Shown here piece by piece: positions 19,894 through 28,789 of a stretch of DNA of 64,000 bases. A program made the translations under genes and the position numbers. Within the stretch, counting starts at the first letter, position 1, and every line of letters begins with the position of its first letter. The notes under the pieces are model-generated. The model saw only the letters and a list, made by a program, of their open reading frames with translations, was not told the DNA's origin and did not search any database. Origin of the DNA: an uncultured Candidatus Saccharibacteria bacterium (lineage in GTDB: Bacteria; Patescibacteriota; Minisyncoccia; Phycocordibacterales; JACOZG01); assembly GCA_964648765.1 (NCBI GenBank), contig CAZYLF010000001.1, forward strand, positions 165,797 to 229,796, written 5' to 3'.

Positions 19894-20511
19894 ATGAAAG
19901 AAAACGAAAAACATTTTAAATTTGAGAGAACATTAGTAATTATTAAACCTGATGGGGTGCAGAGGTCGCTTATTGGTGAAGTAATTAAGCGCTATGAAAG
20001 AATTGGTTTAAAGTTAGTGGGACTTAAAATTTTAGTGCCAACAGAAAAAATGGTGGAAGAACATTACACTCTCGACTCGGGATGGCGAAAAAGTGTAGGA
20101 GAAAAATCAATCAAAGGGTATACCGACAAGGGTCTGAAACCGCCAAGCAATGATCCACTGGTGGCGGCGGAGAAAGTTTTAAATAGTTTAAAAAAATACA
20201 TGACCAGCGGTCCAGTAGTGCCGATGGTGTGGCAAGGTGCTCACGCAGTAAAGATTGTGCGTAAGGTTACTGGTGGCACCGAGCCCCTCACTTCTGACAT
20301 GGGTACAATCCGTGGTGATTTTGTACTCGATTCCTACCAAATGGCTGACACCGACACACGCGCGGTACGTAACGTTATCCACGCTTCTGGTAGCGTGTCG
20401 GAGGCAGAAGCCGAGATCAATCATTGGTTCAAACCAGCCGAAATTATTGATTACCGCCTAATCGGTGACCAAATTCTCTACGATGTAAACTTGGACGGAA
20501 TTTTGGAGTAG
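19894..20511 (+). CDS. ndk: Nucleoside diphosphate kinase
   Basis: ERTLVIIKPDGVQR, GTIRGDF, NVIHASGS. Confidence 0.95.
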   Translation: MKENEKHFKFERTLVIIKPDGVQRSLIGEVIKRYERIGLKLVGLKILVPTEKMVEEHYTLDSGWRKSVGEKSIKGYTDKGLKPPSNDPLVAAEKVLNSLKKYMTSGPVVPMVWQGAHAVKIVRKVTGGTEPLTSDMGTIRGDFVLDSYQMADTDTRAVRNVIHASGSVSEAEAEINHWFKPAEIIDYRLIGDQILYDVNLDGILE

Positions 20512-20539
20512 TTGACCTCAAATTTGAGAGGTTTATAAT
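20512..20539 (+). promoter_or_regulatory. Sigma70 promoter for the intergenic RNA
   Basis: TTGACC-16 nt-TATAAT. Confidence 0.6.
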
Positions 20540-20545
20540 GTAGGG

Positions 20546-20665
20546 GAGGTTGCTTGGGGTATTATCTAGATCATAATATTTTAGGGATCTCTATATACCA
20601 GGTGCTTCGGTGCCTGATTGCGGGAACCCACCTAGATTTTTCTAGGGAAATACTCAAGTGACCTC
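20546..20665 (+). ncRNA. Candidate rod-shaped ncRNA (6S RNA-like)
   Basis: GAGGTTGCTTGGGGTATT pairs with AATACTCAAGTGACCTC; internal bubbles; apical CAGGTGC-TTCG-GTGCCTG; own promoter and terminator; no ORF. Confidence 0.55.
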
Positions 20666-20674
20666 ATAAAAGTC

Positions 20675-20710
20675 CCCGCCCAAATGCTTTAGCTTTTGGC
20701 GGGCATTTTT
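20675..20710 (+). terminator. Terminator after candidate ncRNA
   Basis: CCCGCC...GGCGGG hairpin followed by CATTTTT. Confidence 0.6.
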
Positions 20711-20730
20711 GTTAAAATCTACTTAACTTT

Positions 20731-22107
20731 ATGGCGAAAGCAAAAATTATCTTTCATGGGGGAACTGGCACGGTTACGGGCGCCAACTTTTTGTTTCAAG
20801 TTAACAATGGCGAGAGGGATTTAAAAATTATGGTGGACTGCGGAATGTTTCAAGGGTCAAAAATCGCTGACGACCAAAATCGAGACCCCTTCCCTTATGA
20901 TCCATCTACTGTTGATTACCTTTTTGTTACTCACGCACATCTCGATCACATTGGTCGCATCCCCAAATTAGTTCGTGATGGTTTTAAGGGTGTAATTTAT
21001 TCTACCCCACCCACTAAAGATATTTCCGCCGTGAGCCTAATTGATAGCCTTGGAGTACTCGAGAAGGAAGCAAAAAATTCTGGGCAAAAAGTTTTTTATG
21101 AAGAGCATGACGTGCTTGCCGCTAGTCGTTTATGGGAGACTAAAAATTATCGTGAACAGTTTACTTTGAGCGGTAATCTTAAAGTCACCTTACGCGATGC
21201 TGGGCATATTTTAGGTTCAAGCATGATTGAAATCACTAACGGAAATAAGACCATAATGTTTACTGGTGATCTCGGCAATTCTCCCACGCCACTTTTGCCC
21301 GACACAGATAAAATCTCCAATATTAATTATTTAGTCATGGAGTCTGTGTATGGTGATCGAGTACATGAAAATCGTAGCAAAAGAAAAGATCGTTTAGAGG
21401 ACGTGATTGAGAACACAATGAAGGCAGGTGGCACTTTAATGATCCCAGCCTTCTCGATTGAGCGCACGCAAGAAATTATTTATGAAATTGAGAGCATGAT
21501 GGAGGGGGGGAGGATCCCCGCCGTGCCAGTTTACTTAGATTCACCACTTGCGATTAAAGTCACTGATATTTACAAAAAATACGAAAATTATTGGAACCGA
21601 AATGTTTTTAAAGAAAACTCTGGTCTTGATGGTTTACTCAACTTCCCTAATTTAAAAATGACTCTTAACACTACCGAGTCCCGAGCCATTGGCGCAGATA
21701 AGGGGCGCAAAATAATTTTGGCTGGTTCTGGTATGAGTAATGGTGGTCGGATTTTGCATCATGAAAAGCATTATTTACCAGATCCTAAAAGCACGCTTTT
21801 AGTAATGGGTTATCAATCGGCGGGGAGTTTGGGGCGGCAACTTGAGGATGGCGCTAAGTTGGTGCGGATTATGGGTTCTGATGTGCATGTGGCCGCAAAG
21901 GTGGAGGTGATAACTGGCTACTCGGCGCACAAAGACTCTGATGGTCTCTTAGAGTTTGCTGATCAAACTTCAGACACACTTAAAAAAGTTTTTGTGGTGA
22001 TGGGCGAGCCTAAAGCGGCATTTTATTTGGTGCAACGTTTGCGTGATTATCTTGGGCTTGATGCTATTGCGCCAGAGGCGGGCGATAAAGTAGAGATTGA
22101 TTTTTAA
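20731..22107 (+). CDS. MBL-fold beta-CASP ribonuclease
   Basis: DCG, THAHLDHIG, AGHILGS, ESVYG, GSGM..GGR, YSAHKD, VMGE. Confidence 0.9.
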   Translation: MAKAKIIFHGGTGTVTGANFLFQVNNGERDLKIMVDCGMFQGSKIADDQNRDPFPYDPSTVDYLFVTHAHLDHIGRIPKLVRDGFKGVIYSTPPTKDISAVSLIDSLGVLEKEAKNSGQKVFYEEHDVLAASRLWETKNYREQFTLSGNLKVTLRDAGHILGSSMIEITNGNKTIMFTGDLGNSPTPLLPDTDKISNINYLVMESVYGDRVHENRSKRKDRLEDVIENTMKAGGTLMIPAFSIERTQEIIYEIESMMEGGRIPAVPVYLDSPLAIKVTDIYKKYENYWNRNVFKENSGLDGLLNFPNLKMTLNTTESRAIGADKGRKIILAGSGMSNGGRILHHEKHYLPDPKSTLLVMGYQSAGSLGRQLEDGAKLVRIMGSDVHVAAKVEVITGYSAHKDSDGLLEFADQTSDTLKKVFVVMGEPKAAFYLVQRLRDYLGLDAIAPEAGDKVEIDF

Positions 22108-22125
22108 ATAAGATAAAATATTGAA

Positions 22126-22770
22126 ATGGATGAAATTAAGCATCAACATGAACGGGTAAAAATTTGTGTTTCGGGCGCGGCAGAGACGGGGCATTGCGGA
22201 GCGCAAGCTATGGAACGCGCTAAAGAATTAGGTAGAGAGATCCACCGTCAAGGTGGAGTGTTGATCACGGGCGCCACCACCGGCTTTCCGTTTTGGTCCA
22301 CCATAGGCATTAAGGATGTGGGTGGCACATCTATCGGCTTTTCTCCTGCTTCCACGGAAAACGAGCATGTTAATCAATACGGTTTACCGATCGATTATTT
22401 GGATGTGATTGTTTACACCGGTTTTGGTTACTCTGGACGTAATTTACTTTTAACTCGTTCCACAGATGGAGTAATAATTGGTTGCGGTCGGGTAGGTACA
22501 ATTAATGAGTTTACAATTGCGTTTGAGGATGAAAAGCCCATCGGCATACTTGAGGGTGAGTGGGAGACCGATGAGGTGATTAAGGAAATAATGAAGAAGG
22601 GTAATCGCACTAGCGACAGGGTAATCTTTGACCGGGATCCTAAAAATTTAGTAAAAAGATTAATTGCCCTAATCAACGAACTTAAAATTAAAGAGCCAAA
22701 GTTTTACAAAAATCCACCCTCTGGGGGTGGATCTGGTAGCGGACACGCTGTGGCAAGTAGAATCCTTTAA
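22126..22770 (+). CDS. LOG/SLOG family nucleotide-binding protein
   Basis: ITGATTG, GRNLLL, GRVGTINE motifs. Confidence 0.75.
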   Translation: MDEIKHQHERVKICVSGAAETGHCGAQAMERAKELGREIHRQGGVLITGATTGFPFWSTIGIKDVGGTSIGFSPASTENEHVNQYGLPIDYLDVIVYTGFGYSGRNLLLTRSTDGVIIGCGRVGTINEFTIAFEDEKPIGILEGEWETDEVIKEIMKKGNRTSDRVIFDRDPKNLVKRLIALINELKIKEPKFYKNPPSGGGSGSGHAVASRIL

Positions 22771-23114
22771 ACTTTAACAGCCTTTACAATCTGAGCAAAA
22801 ACTTCTGGTTGATGTTCGGCGAGAGTAGCAAGAATCTTGCGATCAAGTTCAATTTTATTCTTTTTAAGTTGACCCATAAAAGCGCTGTAGCTTAAGCCTA
22901 AGGGGCGCACTCCAGCGTTAATTTTGATTTGCCACAAAGTGCGGAAGTCACCTTTTTTGTCTCGGCGACCAGTGAAGGCGTGCACTCCAGCATGGAGGAT
23001 AGCCGTTTTAGCCTCACGCTCTTTAGTGCTACGACCAAAACGGTAGCCCTTAACTTGCTTTAATGTATTGCGACGTCTTTTGGCACCAATGGTACCGCGT
23101 TTTACTCTTGGCAT
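22767..23114 (-). CDS. rplT: 50S ribosomal protein L20
   Basis: MPRVKRG, KKGDFRTLW..INA, LSYS.F, LDRKILA. Confidence 0.97.
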   Translation of the reverse strand: MPRVKRGTIGAKRRRNTLKQVKGYRFGRSTKEREAKTAILHAGVHAFTGRRDKKGDFRTLWQIKINAGVRPLGLSYSAFMGQLKKNKIELDRKILATLAEHQPEVFAQIVKAVKV

Positions 23115-23124
23115 GGTTTAAATA

Positions 23125-23307
23125 TTAATGGCTTAAATAACGATTAAAATCTTTGGCTTTCATCTCGATCACATTTGGGCGTTTGCCAGCGAGTTGTGTG
23201 CCACGGCTCTCCTTGGCGTTGAAGTGGTTCTTGCCTGGTTTGCGCGCCAAAAGCTTCCCTGATGGGGTAACGCGAATTCTTTTACTAAATGATTTGTTTG
23301 TTTTCAT
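23125..23307 (-). CDS. rpmI: 50S ribosomal protein L35
   Basis: MKTNKSFSKR...T.SGK; between infC and rplT. Confidence 0.92.
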   Translation of the reverse strand: MKTNKSFSKRIRVTPSGKLLARKPGKNHFNAKESRGTQLAGKRPNVIEMKAKDFNRYLSH

Positions 23308-23816
23308 TTTCTTTCAATTATAATCGATAATCCTTTGTTGCTTTTTTTAGCGCTGTCGGCCACTTTGTACTCTACTGAAATAAATTTGAGCATTCGCTCC
23401 AAGCGCTCTTTTAAAAAGTTTTGATCCAAATATTTGGCACGACCTCTTAAAAAAAGGTCAAGCCTCACTCGGTGTCCTTGGTTAAGGAATTCTGAGGCTT
23501 TTATAGCTTTGATCTCAAGGTCGTGGTCGCCGGTGCCGATGGTCACTTGTATCCCTTTAGTTTCGGTAGTGGTGGTACGGCCACGGGAGAGCTTTTGTTT
23601 TTTGTTGTTTAAGTACTGAAACTTGCCAAAATCCATTAATTTGGCCACTGGTGGCACGGCATTTGGTGAGATCTCAATTAGATCCACCCCCATCTCATGA
23701 GCGCGGTTTAAGGCTTCAGTGAGGGTAATTGTACCCAAATTATCGCCATCCTCCGTAATTACACGGAGTTCTTTAGCGCGAATTTGATGATTAATGCGTA
23801 CTTGTGGTTCTTTCAA
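23304..23816 (-). CDS. infC: Translation initiation factor IF-3 (non-ATG start: TTG 23816 or ATA 23822)
   Basis: RINHQIRA.ELRVI, DLIEISPNAVPPVAKLMDFGKF, HDL..K, LRGR. Confidence 0.95.
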   Translation of the reverse strand: MKEPQVRINHQIRAKELRVITEDGDNLGTITLTEALNRAHEMGVDLIEISPNAVPPVAKLMDFGKFQYLNNKKQKLSRGRTTTTETKGIQVTIGTGDHDLEIKAIKASEFLNQGHRVRLDLFLRGRAKYLDQNFLKERLERMLKFISVEYKVADSAKKSNKGLSIIIERK

Positions 23817-23886
23817 TGCTATTTAGGGTTACAGGCTATCCTAGAGTATTTCCGAGGCAAAGTCAACTATGTTAGAATGGGCTACT

Positions 23887-24213
23887 ATGAATAAAGCACT
23901 ATTAAATCAAAAGGGGTTTTCGCCAGTTATTAGCTTAATTATTATCGTGGTTTTGGCAGGGGCAATTTACCTTGTTTCAACTTTAGGGAGAGGGGAAGAA
24001 GAGTTTGATTTTCCGGCTGTCCCTGAAGGCATAACTCTTAAAGAGGACGGCACAATTATTGAAGCTAACGGTACAATCCGTAAACCTGACGGCACAGTGA
24101 TTACTCCAGATGGCAAAACTATCACAATGCCAAATGGCGTAACGGTTTCCACAGAGGAGGGCATGACGCCTGCAGATGAGGTTGTGGCCACTTCGACAAA
24201 CAATGGAAATTAA
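23887..24213 (+). CDS. Membrane-anchored protein with prepilin-like KGF N-terminus and short DG(T/K)-x-I repeats
   Basis: NQKGFSPVISLIII; EDGTII/ANGTIR/PDGTVI/PDGKTI/PNGVTV repeats. Confidence 0.6.
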   Translation: MNKALLNQKGFSPVISLIIIVVLAGAIYLVSTLGRGEEEFDFPAVPEGITLKEDGTIIEANGTIRKPDGTVITPDGKTITMPNGVTVSTEEGMTPADEVVATSTNNGN

Positions 24214-25933
24214 TTTTTACGCCGCATTTTTGGGAGGGATTGTGTCCTTTCTTGCTCCTTGTGTGCTCCCACTCATCCCTGGGCTTTTGGCTTATTTGGC
24301 CGGGAGCACTTTAGATGAGGCTGGTGGAAGGAGGAAGGAAATATTTTTAAACACCGTGTGTTTTGTGCTCGGGTTCTCAATTGTGTTTGCCGCACTCGGC
24401 GCGCTATTTAATGGCGTGCTGAATTCGGTGGCATATGAAGTCCAAAATTGGTTGGCAAGGATCGGCGGAGTAATAATTATTATTTTCGGGTTTTATTTAA
24501 TGAGAGTAATTAAGCTCCGATTTTTAGACCGTGACCATAAATTTCAAGTTAAGCGTAAATTTAATTCACGCTACGTGACCTCCTTTATGTTTGGTTTGGC
24601 GTTTGCCGCTGGCTGGACGCCATGCGTGGGGCCAGTACTCGGTTCGCTTTTGGCACTGGCCGCCAGCTCACCGGGTTCCGCTTTCCTCTTACTCCTTACC
24701 TACGCTCTTGGTTTAGGTTTGCCATTTTTAGTGGTGGGATTATTTACTGCACAAGCCTCAGACTTTTTTACTCGTCATGCTAAAGGTTTAGGTTATGCCA
24801 ATGTAATTTTCGGCATTTTATTAGTAATTCTTGGTGGTTTGATTTTTACTCAAAAATTAAATTTACTTGGCAATTTTGAATTTTTAAATAAACAAATCTT
24901 AAAAGAGAGTGGTACTGTGCCAGCAAAAAAGGTTTCAGAATCGGCTTGTTTAACTCCCGATTTAACTTTGCCATTGCCAGAAAGTTTTATTGCCAAAGAA
25001 GCAAAGGAGGGCAAGTATATTAAAGCTCCAGAAATTTCTTCACCAGATGGATTTATAAACACACCGAGTTTGAAATTGGGGAGTTTGATAGGTAAAAAAG
25101 TCGTGCTCGTAGACTTTTGGACTTATAGTTGTATTAATTGTCAGCGGACTACGCCGTGCCTAAACGCTTGGTACAAAGAGTATGAAGACAAGGGTTTAGA
25201 GATTGTGGGCATTCATACGCCAGAATTTGAGTTTGAAAAGAATTACCAAAATGTTAAAAAGGCGGTAGAACAATTTGGTGTTAAATTCCCCGTGGTGCTC
25301 GACAGCGACTTTTCAACATGGCAGTCTTACGGCAATCGTTTTTGGCCTCGCAAATATTTAATCGATATTGATGGGAGGATTGTGTACGACCACATTGGTG
25401 AGGGCGATTATCAAAAAACTGATGAAAAAATTCGTGAGGCACTAGCTGAGCGCCAGGCGAGATTAAAAATCGATGCCAAACTTGGTGTGCGGGTGCAAGA
25501 TGAGATACCTGAAGCAGAAAAAGTTTCAACTTCTGGATTAAGCCCCGAGACTTATTTTGGTGCGAGCAGAAATGGTAATTTAGGAAATGGCGAACCAGGC
25601 AAAGCTGGTAAAATAAATTTTACTTTGCCACTACAGCTTACTCAAGATAAATTTTATTTATCTGGTGATTGGCAAATTACCAACGAGTGGGCCGAGAGTA
25701 TAAAAGCCAGTGAAATTGCAACTAAATTTTACGCTAAAAATGTTTTTATGGTGGCGGGCGCGGATCGCGCAAAAACAGTAAAAATTTATATTGATGGAGT
25801 TTTCCAAAATGAAATTACGGTGAAGGATTATGCGCTTTACCCAATTTACACTGGTGATAAACCGGGAGTTCATGAATTACGTTTAGAGATTAGTGAGCCC
25901 GGTCTCCGCGCCTACACCTTCACTTTTGGGTAA
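24203..25933 (+). CDS. DipZ-like CcdA/DsbD transmembrane domain plus thioredoxin fusion
   Basis: SFLAPCVLPL and GWTPCVGP; DFWTYSCINC; HTPEFEFEK; SPETY.G; YTFTFG C-terminus. Confidence 0.9.
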   Translation: MEINFYAAFLGGIVSFLAPCVLPLIPGLLAYLAGSTLDEAGGRRKEIFLNTVCFVLGFSIVFAALGALFNGVLNSVAYEVQNWLARIGGVIIIIFGFYLMRVIKLRFLDRDHKFQVKRKFNSRYVTSFMFGLAFAAGWTPCVGPVLGSLLALAASSPGSAFLLLLTYALGLGLPFLVVGLFTAQASDFFTRHAKGLGYANVIFGILLVILGGLIFTQKLNLLGNFEFLNKQILKESGTVPAKKVSESACLTPDLTLPLPESFIAKEAKEGKYIKAPEISSPDGFINTPSLKLGSLIGKKVVLVDFWTYSCINCQRTTPCLNAWYKEYEDKGLEIVGIHTPEFEFEKNYQNVKKAVEQFGVKFPVVLDSDFSTWQSYGNRFWPRKYLIDIDGRIVYDHIGEGDYQKTDEKIREALAERQARLKIDAKLGVRVQDEIPEAEKVSTSGLSPETYFGASRNGNLGNGEPGKAGKINFTLPLQLTQDKFYLSGDWQITNEWAESIKASEIATKFYAKNVFMVAGADRAKTVKIYIDGVFQNEITVKDYALYPIYTGDKPGVHELRLEISEPGLRAYTFTFG

Positions 25934-25964
25934 AAAAAAGCTCTGCACCGTATGGGCGCAGAGC
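25933..25964 (-). terminator. Terminator ending the minus-strand accessory array
   Basis: GCTCTGC...GCAGAGC hairpin with A8 on the plus strand (U-tract on minus). Confidence 0.65.
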
Positions 25965-25979
25965 GGGGGTGTCGGAACT

Positions 25980-26222
25980 TCATTTACCCGGATTCAATTT
26001 TTTGAAAACGTATTCGATGGTGTCCCCGACCGTTTTGAGATTAGCGACATCAGAGTCTGGAATTGTTAATTCAAATGTATCCTCAACCTCCATCACAATC
26101 TCGGCGTTATCGAGAGAGTCATCTCCCGGCCCGCCAAATTTGTAACTTTCAGATATTTCATCATCTCCCAATTGCTCGCGCACAATCTCAAGTACCTTTT
26201 CTGCTACTTTCGCGCGTGTCAT
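25980..26222 (-). CDS. acpP: Acyl carrier protein
   Basis: DSLD phosphopantetheine motif, EIVMEVEDTFELTIPD, TVGD; GAAAGGA SD. Confidence 0.85.
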   Translation of the reverse strand: MTRAKVAEKVLEIVREQLGDDEISESYKFGGPGDDSLDNAEIVMEVEDTFELTIPDSDVANLKTVGDTIEYVFKKLNPGK

Positions 26223-26242
26223 ATTCTGTTCCTTTCAGTAAG

Positions 26243-26866
26243 TTACACAACTTTCACACACTTGCGAATTTTTTCGCAAGCTTCTATGACTTTGCGGGGG
26301 ATTACGCTTGGGGCAATGTCGCCCTTTTTTGCGTAATTAATCAGCCGGTCCACTTCTCCCACTAACCTGCCAATTCGGTAATCGTTCATCCAGTCCATTT
26401 CTGAAATGGGGAATGAATTACCAAACGTTTTTACCTTTGGATAATGCATGTCAAAAGTCACTCGGCATCGTCTCAAGTGTGGCGGCAAAGCGACTAAGAT
26501 CAGACTTTCAATTTTTACCCTTGCTTCCCTAACCACTTCCATACCTAGCAGTACGTTGTCGAGAGTGTTGCGAGATTCCTTCTCTCGCAAAATCGCTCGG
26601 TCTGGCACACCTTGCTCAATAAGCACATGAGCAAAAAGGTCAGCTTGATTAGTAAAGCCACTTGGCAACTCTACATTACGGTGGCCCACAAATCCCGTGA
26701 CGATTATGCGGGGTGATAAACCCCTATGATAAAGTTTGGCCGCATGGACGGGAGTGTTCGTGGTACTGTGGCCAAAGCAGAAAATCGCATCAACCTCTGG
26801 CAAGTTCTCCGTGTGCTCTGTAAGGAATTTGGCAATAAGTGTTGCCTCATCATGAAGCGGGTGCAT
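26243..26866 (-). CDS. YdcF/DUF218 family protein
   Basis: IFCFG, IIVTG, GVP..AIL.E.ESRNT.DN, PHLRR. Confidence 0.8.
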   Translation of the reverse strand: MHPLHDEATLIAKFLTEHTENLPEVDAIFCFGHSTTNTPVHAAKLYHRGLSPRIIVTGFVGHRNVELPSGFTNQADLFAHVLIEQGVPDRAILREKESRNTLDNVLLGMEVVREARVKIESLILVALPPHLRRCRVTFDMHYPKVKTFGNSFPISEMDWMNDYRIGRLVGEVDRLINYAKKGDIAPSVIPRKVIEACEKIRKCVKVV

Positions 26867-26914
26867 ATCTACTCCTTTCTTTTCTTAAATTTAATGACCA
26901 ATTCTGCATATATA

Positions 26915-26962
26915 ACTAACATAAAAAAGCCCGCCATGCATCATATGATGCATGGCGGGGTG
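26915..26962 (-). repeat. Cassette-boundary repeat copy 1 (48 bp, contains a 30-bp perfect palindrome; terminator-like on minus strand)
   Basis: ACTAACATAAAAAAGCCCGCCATGCATCATATGATGCATGGCGGGGTG, identical to 27711-27758. Confidence 0.95.
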
Positions 26963-26972
26963 AGGTACAAAA

Positions 26973-27659
26973 TTAGGAGTAACGAGTTTCGGTAATTTCC
27001 ACTCGCGGTGGGTCACGCAAGATCTTCATAAACTCATACTTAAAGTTAGTAGAAAACCGAGACATGATTTGCTCGGCCACCCACTCTGGGTCAAGCATTT
27101 GGCTTAAGTCTTTGACGTGATCCTGCCAAAACTTAGTTCTCATCCCGGAGGGAGCGGCCACTAGCACCTTTCCGAATCGTTCAGTTAAGGAAAGGGAATT
27201 GGCAAGCATTGCCAAACCAGATTTAGTTGCACAATAAATCGGCTCTTTCTGCCTCGGTGTGGTTTGCGAAGTTGAGGTAATAACGAGGAGGTTTTGAAGA
27301 TATCCTTGCTTTGCGATCAATTTGTTGAGTAAGAGCGCAGGAGCACTTAGGCCAACAATTATCATATTAGTGATTTCACGCGCTGTGAGATCTTGCAATT
27401 CTCCAATTTGCGCATAGCCGGCGGCGTAAACGAAGGTGTTAATTGGCCGGGGGATTTTCTTAAGAAGAAGTTCCCCATGAACTCCTAATTCATCAAAATC
27501 ATTCAGATAAAAACGGATAAACTCACCGATTTTATTTTTTGGTTCATCACGACCTGTAATAATCACTTCATGGGTTAGGGCTAATCTTTTGGCTAGTTCA
27601 TAACCCAAACCGGAACTACCACCAATCACCAACGCCAGAGGTTTTACTTGATCTGTCAT
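26973..27659 (-). CDS. Short-chain dehydrogenase/reductase
   Basis: GGSSGLG, YAAG, YCATK catalytic motif, PSGMRT. Confidence 0.88.
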   Translation of the reverse strand: MTDQVKPLALVIGGSSGLGYELAKRLALTHEVIITGRDEPKNKIGEFIRFYLNDFDELGVHGELLLKKIPRPINTFVYAAGYAQIGELQDLTAREITNMIIVGLSAPALLLNKLIAKQGYLQNLLVITSTSQTTPRQKEPIYCATKSGLAMLANSLSLTERFGKVLVAAPSGMRTKFWQDHVKDLSQMLDPEWVAEQIMSRFSTNFKYEFMKILRDPPRVEITETRYS

Positions 27660-27710
27660 TTACTTGTCTCCTTAAAATCAAAGGCCGATTTAACAATTCC
27701 AACCCTAATT

Positions 27711-27758
27711 ACTAACATAAAAAAGCCCGCCATGCATCATATGATGCATGGCGGGGTG
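27711..27758 (-). repeat. Cassette-boundary repeat copy 2
   Basis: 48/48 identical to 26915-26962. Confidence 0.95.
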
Positions 27759-27770
27759 GGGCGGACCATT

Positions 27771-28316
27771 TCAATCTCGTTGGACTCGTTCAATTGCGGC
27801 GCTAATTGTGGATCCGAGTGTTGGGTAAATCGTGAAGTCGGTACCAAGCGCCAAATTAAAGTTACGCTGGATTTGACTCAGACCGGGGAAGTTAACCTCG
27901 GCGCCAATCACAATTGGCAGATCCCGATTATGCATTAGGCGACCGCGCCATTCACCAAGTTCGCCTCTGGTATCCATGGCATAGGAGCCCTCACCAGTTC
28001 TTGGCGCGGTCTCGCTCTCACATGGTAACCAAAAGATAATACAACCTCTACGGGAAGCCAAATCGAGATAGTGTCTCTCCCAAGTTAGTTGGCGATCAAA
28101 ATACTTATCGTCACCAACCATCCTGTATTTCCAGAGGGGGTGAAGGCCATCATACCGGCGCGGGTTTGCAATATAGCAATTCGGTATATAGTTACCGATC
28201 ATGCAAGACGCCTGATTTTGCCAGTCCCCACCACCGCGGATTGGTCCAGCGAGGAAAAATAGTGGCCCACCAGCTGGGCTTAACTGCACCAGATCTTTGG
28301 GTAAAAGTAACTTCAT
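27771..28316 (-). CDS. Nucleoside 2-deoxyribosyltransferase-like protein
   Basis: FFLAGPI...WQ, ANPR, Q..WE..YL, IIFW, T..ELG; start set at ATG 28316 after GAAAGGA. Confidence 0.65.
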   Translation of the reverse strand: MKLLLPKDLVQLSPAGGPLFFLAGPIRGGGDWQNQASCMIGNYIPNCYIANPRRYDGLHPLWKYRMVGDDKYFDRQLTWERHYLDLASRRGCIIFWLPCESETAPRTGEGSYAMDTRGELGEWRGRLMHNRDLPIVIGAEVNFPGLSQIQRNFNLALGTDFTIYPTLGSTISAAIERVQRD

Positions 28317-28329
28317 TTCATTTCCTTTC

Positions 28330-28689
28330 TTAAAGACCAACCACCAGTGATGAACTAAGGAGATCCTGGCTATTTTTGGGATGGAGGACAGTAGGAAAAC
28401 TTTTGTCTCCCTTCCATGCTGTTATTTCAAGTCTGCCGTCTTCCTTTTTCTCGGGCTTCAGAAAATTCACTTCTCCCTCTACTAACGGAATATGTTTGGG
28501 CCAATCTTTAGCTCTCCAGCGAGTCGGGCACTCAGGGTCAAATTCTGCCAACCAGTGAACGAAGAATTTAACCACATTTCTAACAATCACAATCTTGCTG
28601 ATGCGCGCTCGTAAGATTCGCCCATTCATATGAAGCTCAATGTCTCCACCGGTCCAAATGTCGTTTTCAACCACTTCTTCCCAAGTCAT
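28330..28689 (-). CDS. Hypothetical protein
   Basis: ORF with GAAAGGA SD before ATG 28689; no recognised motif. Confidence 0.6.
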   Translation of the reverse strand: MTWEEVVENDIWTGGDIELHMNGRILRARISKIVIVRNVVKFFVHWLAEFDPECPTRWRAKDWPKHIPLVEGEVNFLKPEKKEDGRLEITAWKGDKSFPTVLHPKNSQDLLSSSLVVGL

Positions 28690-28736
28690 TGCATATTTCC
28701 TTTCTCTTTGACTTTTGTTCAATCCCAACTTATACA

Positions 28737-28782
28737 ACTAACATAAAAAAGCCCGCCATGCACCATTTGGTTCATGACGGGC
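28737..28782 (-). repeat. Cassette-boundary repeat copy 3 (diverged)
   Basis: First 26 bp identical to copies 1 and 2; the rest is altered but largely still folds on the minus strand (one G-U pair, one mismatch). Confidence 0.9.
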
Positions 28783-28789
28783 CTACGGT

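Noticed and set aside
20546-20665. The intergenic RNA as SRP RNA or a riboswitch
   Set aside because: The apex is UUCG rather than the SRP GNRA loop with CAGG/AGCA motifs; I recognised no aptamer, and the downstream gene has its own -10 box.
26726-27938. Plus-strand ORFs 26726-26995 and 27648-27938 sharing ITNIKKPAMHHMMHGGV
   Set aside because: The shared peptide is just the translation of the DNA repeat; both ORFs are antisense to better-supported genes.
26915-28782. The three palindromic repeats as a CRISPR array
   Set aside because: Intervals are about 750 and 980 bp and contain whole genes; no cas genes are in the window.
26915-28782. The repeats as canonical integron attC sites
   Set aside because: Only the GTTAGT end resembles R'. 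There is no consistent RYYYAAC, the perfect palindrome lacks extrahelical bases, and no intI is in the window. Kept only as an analogy.
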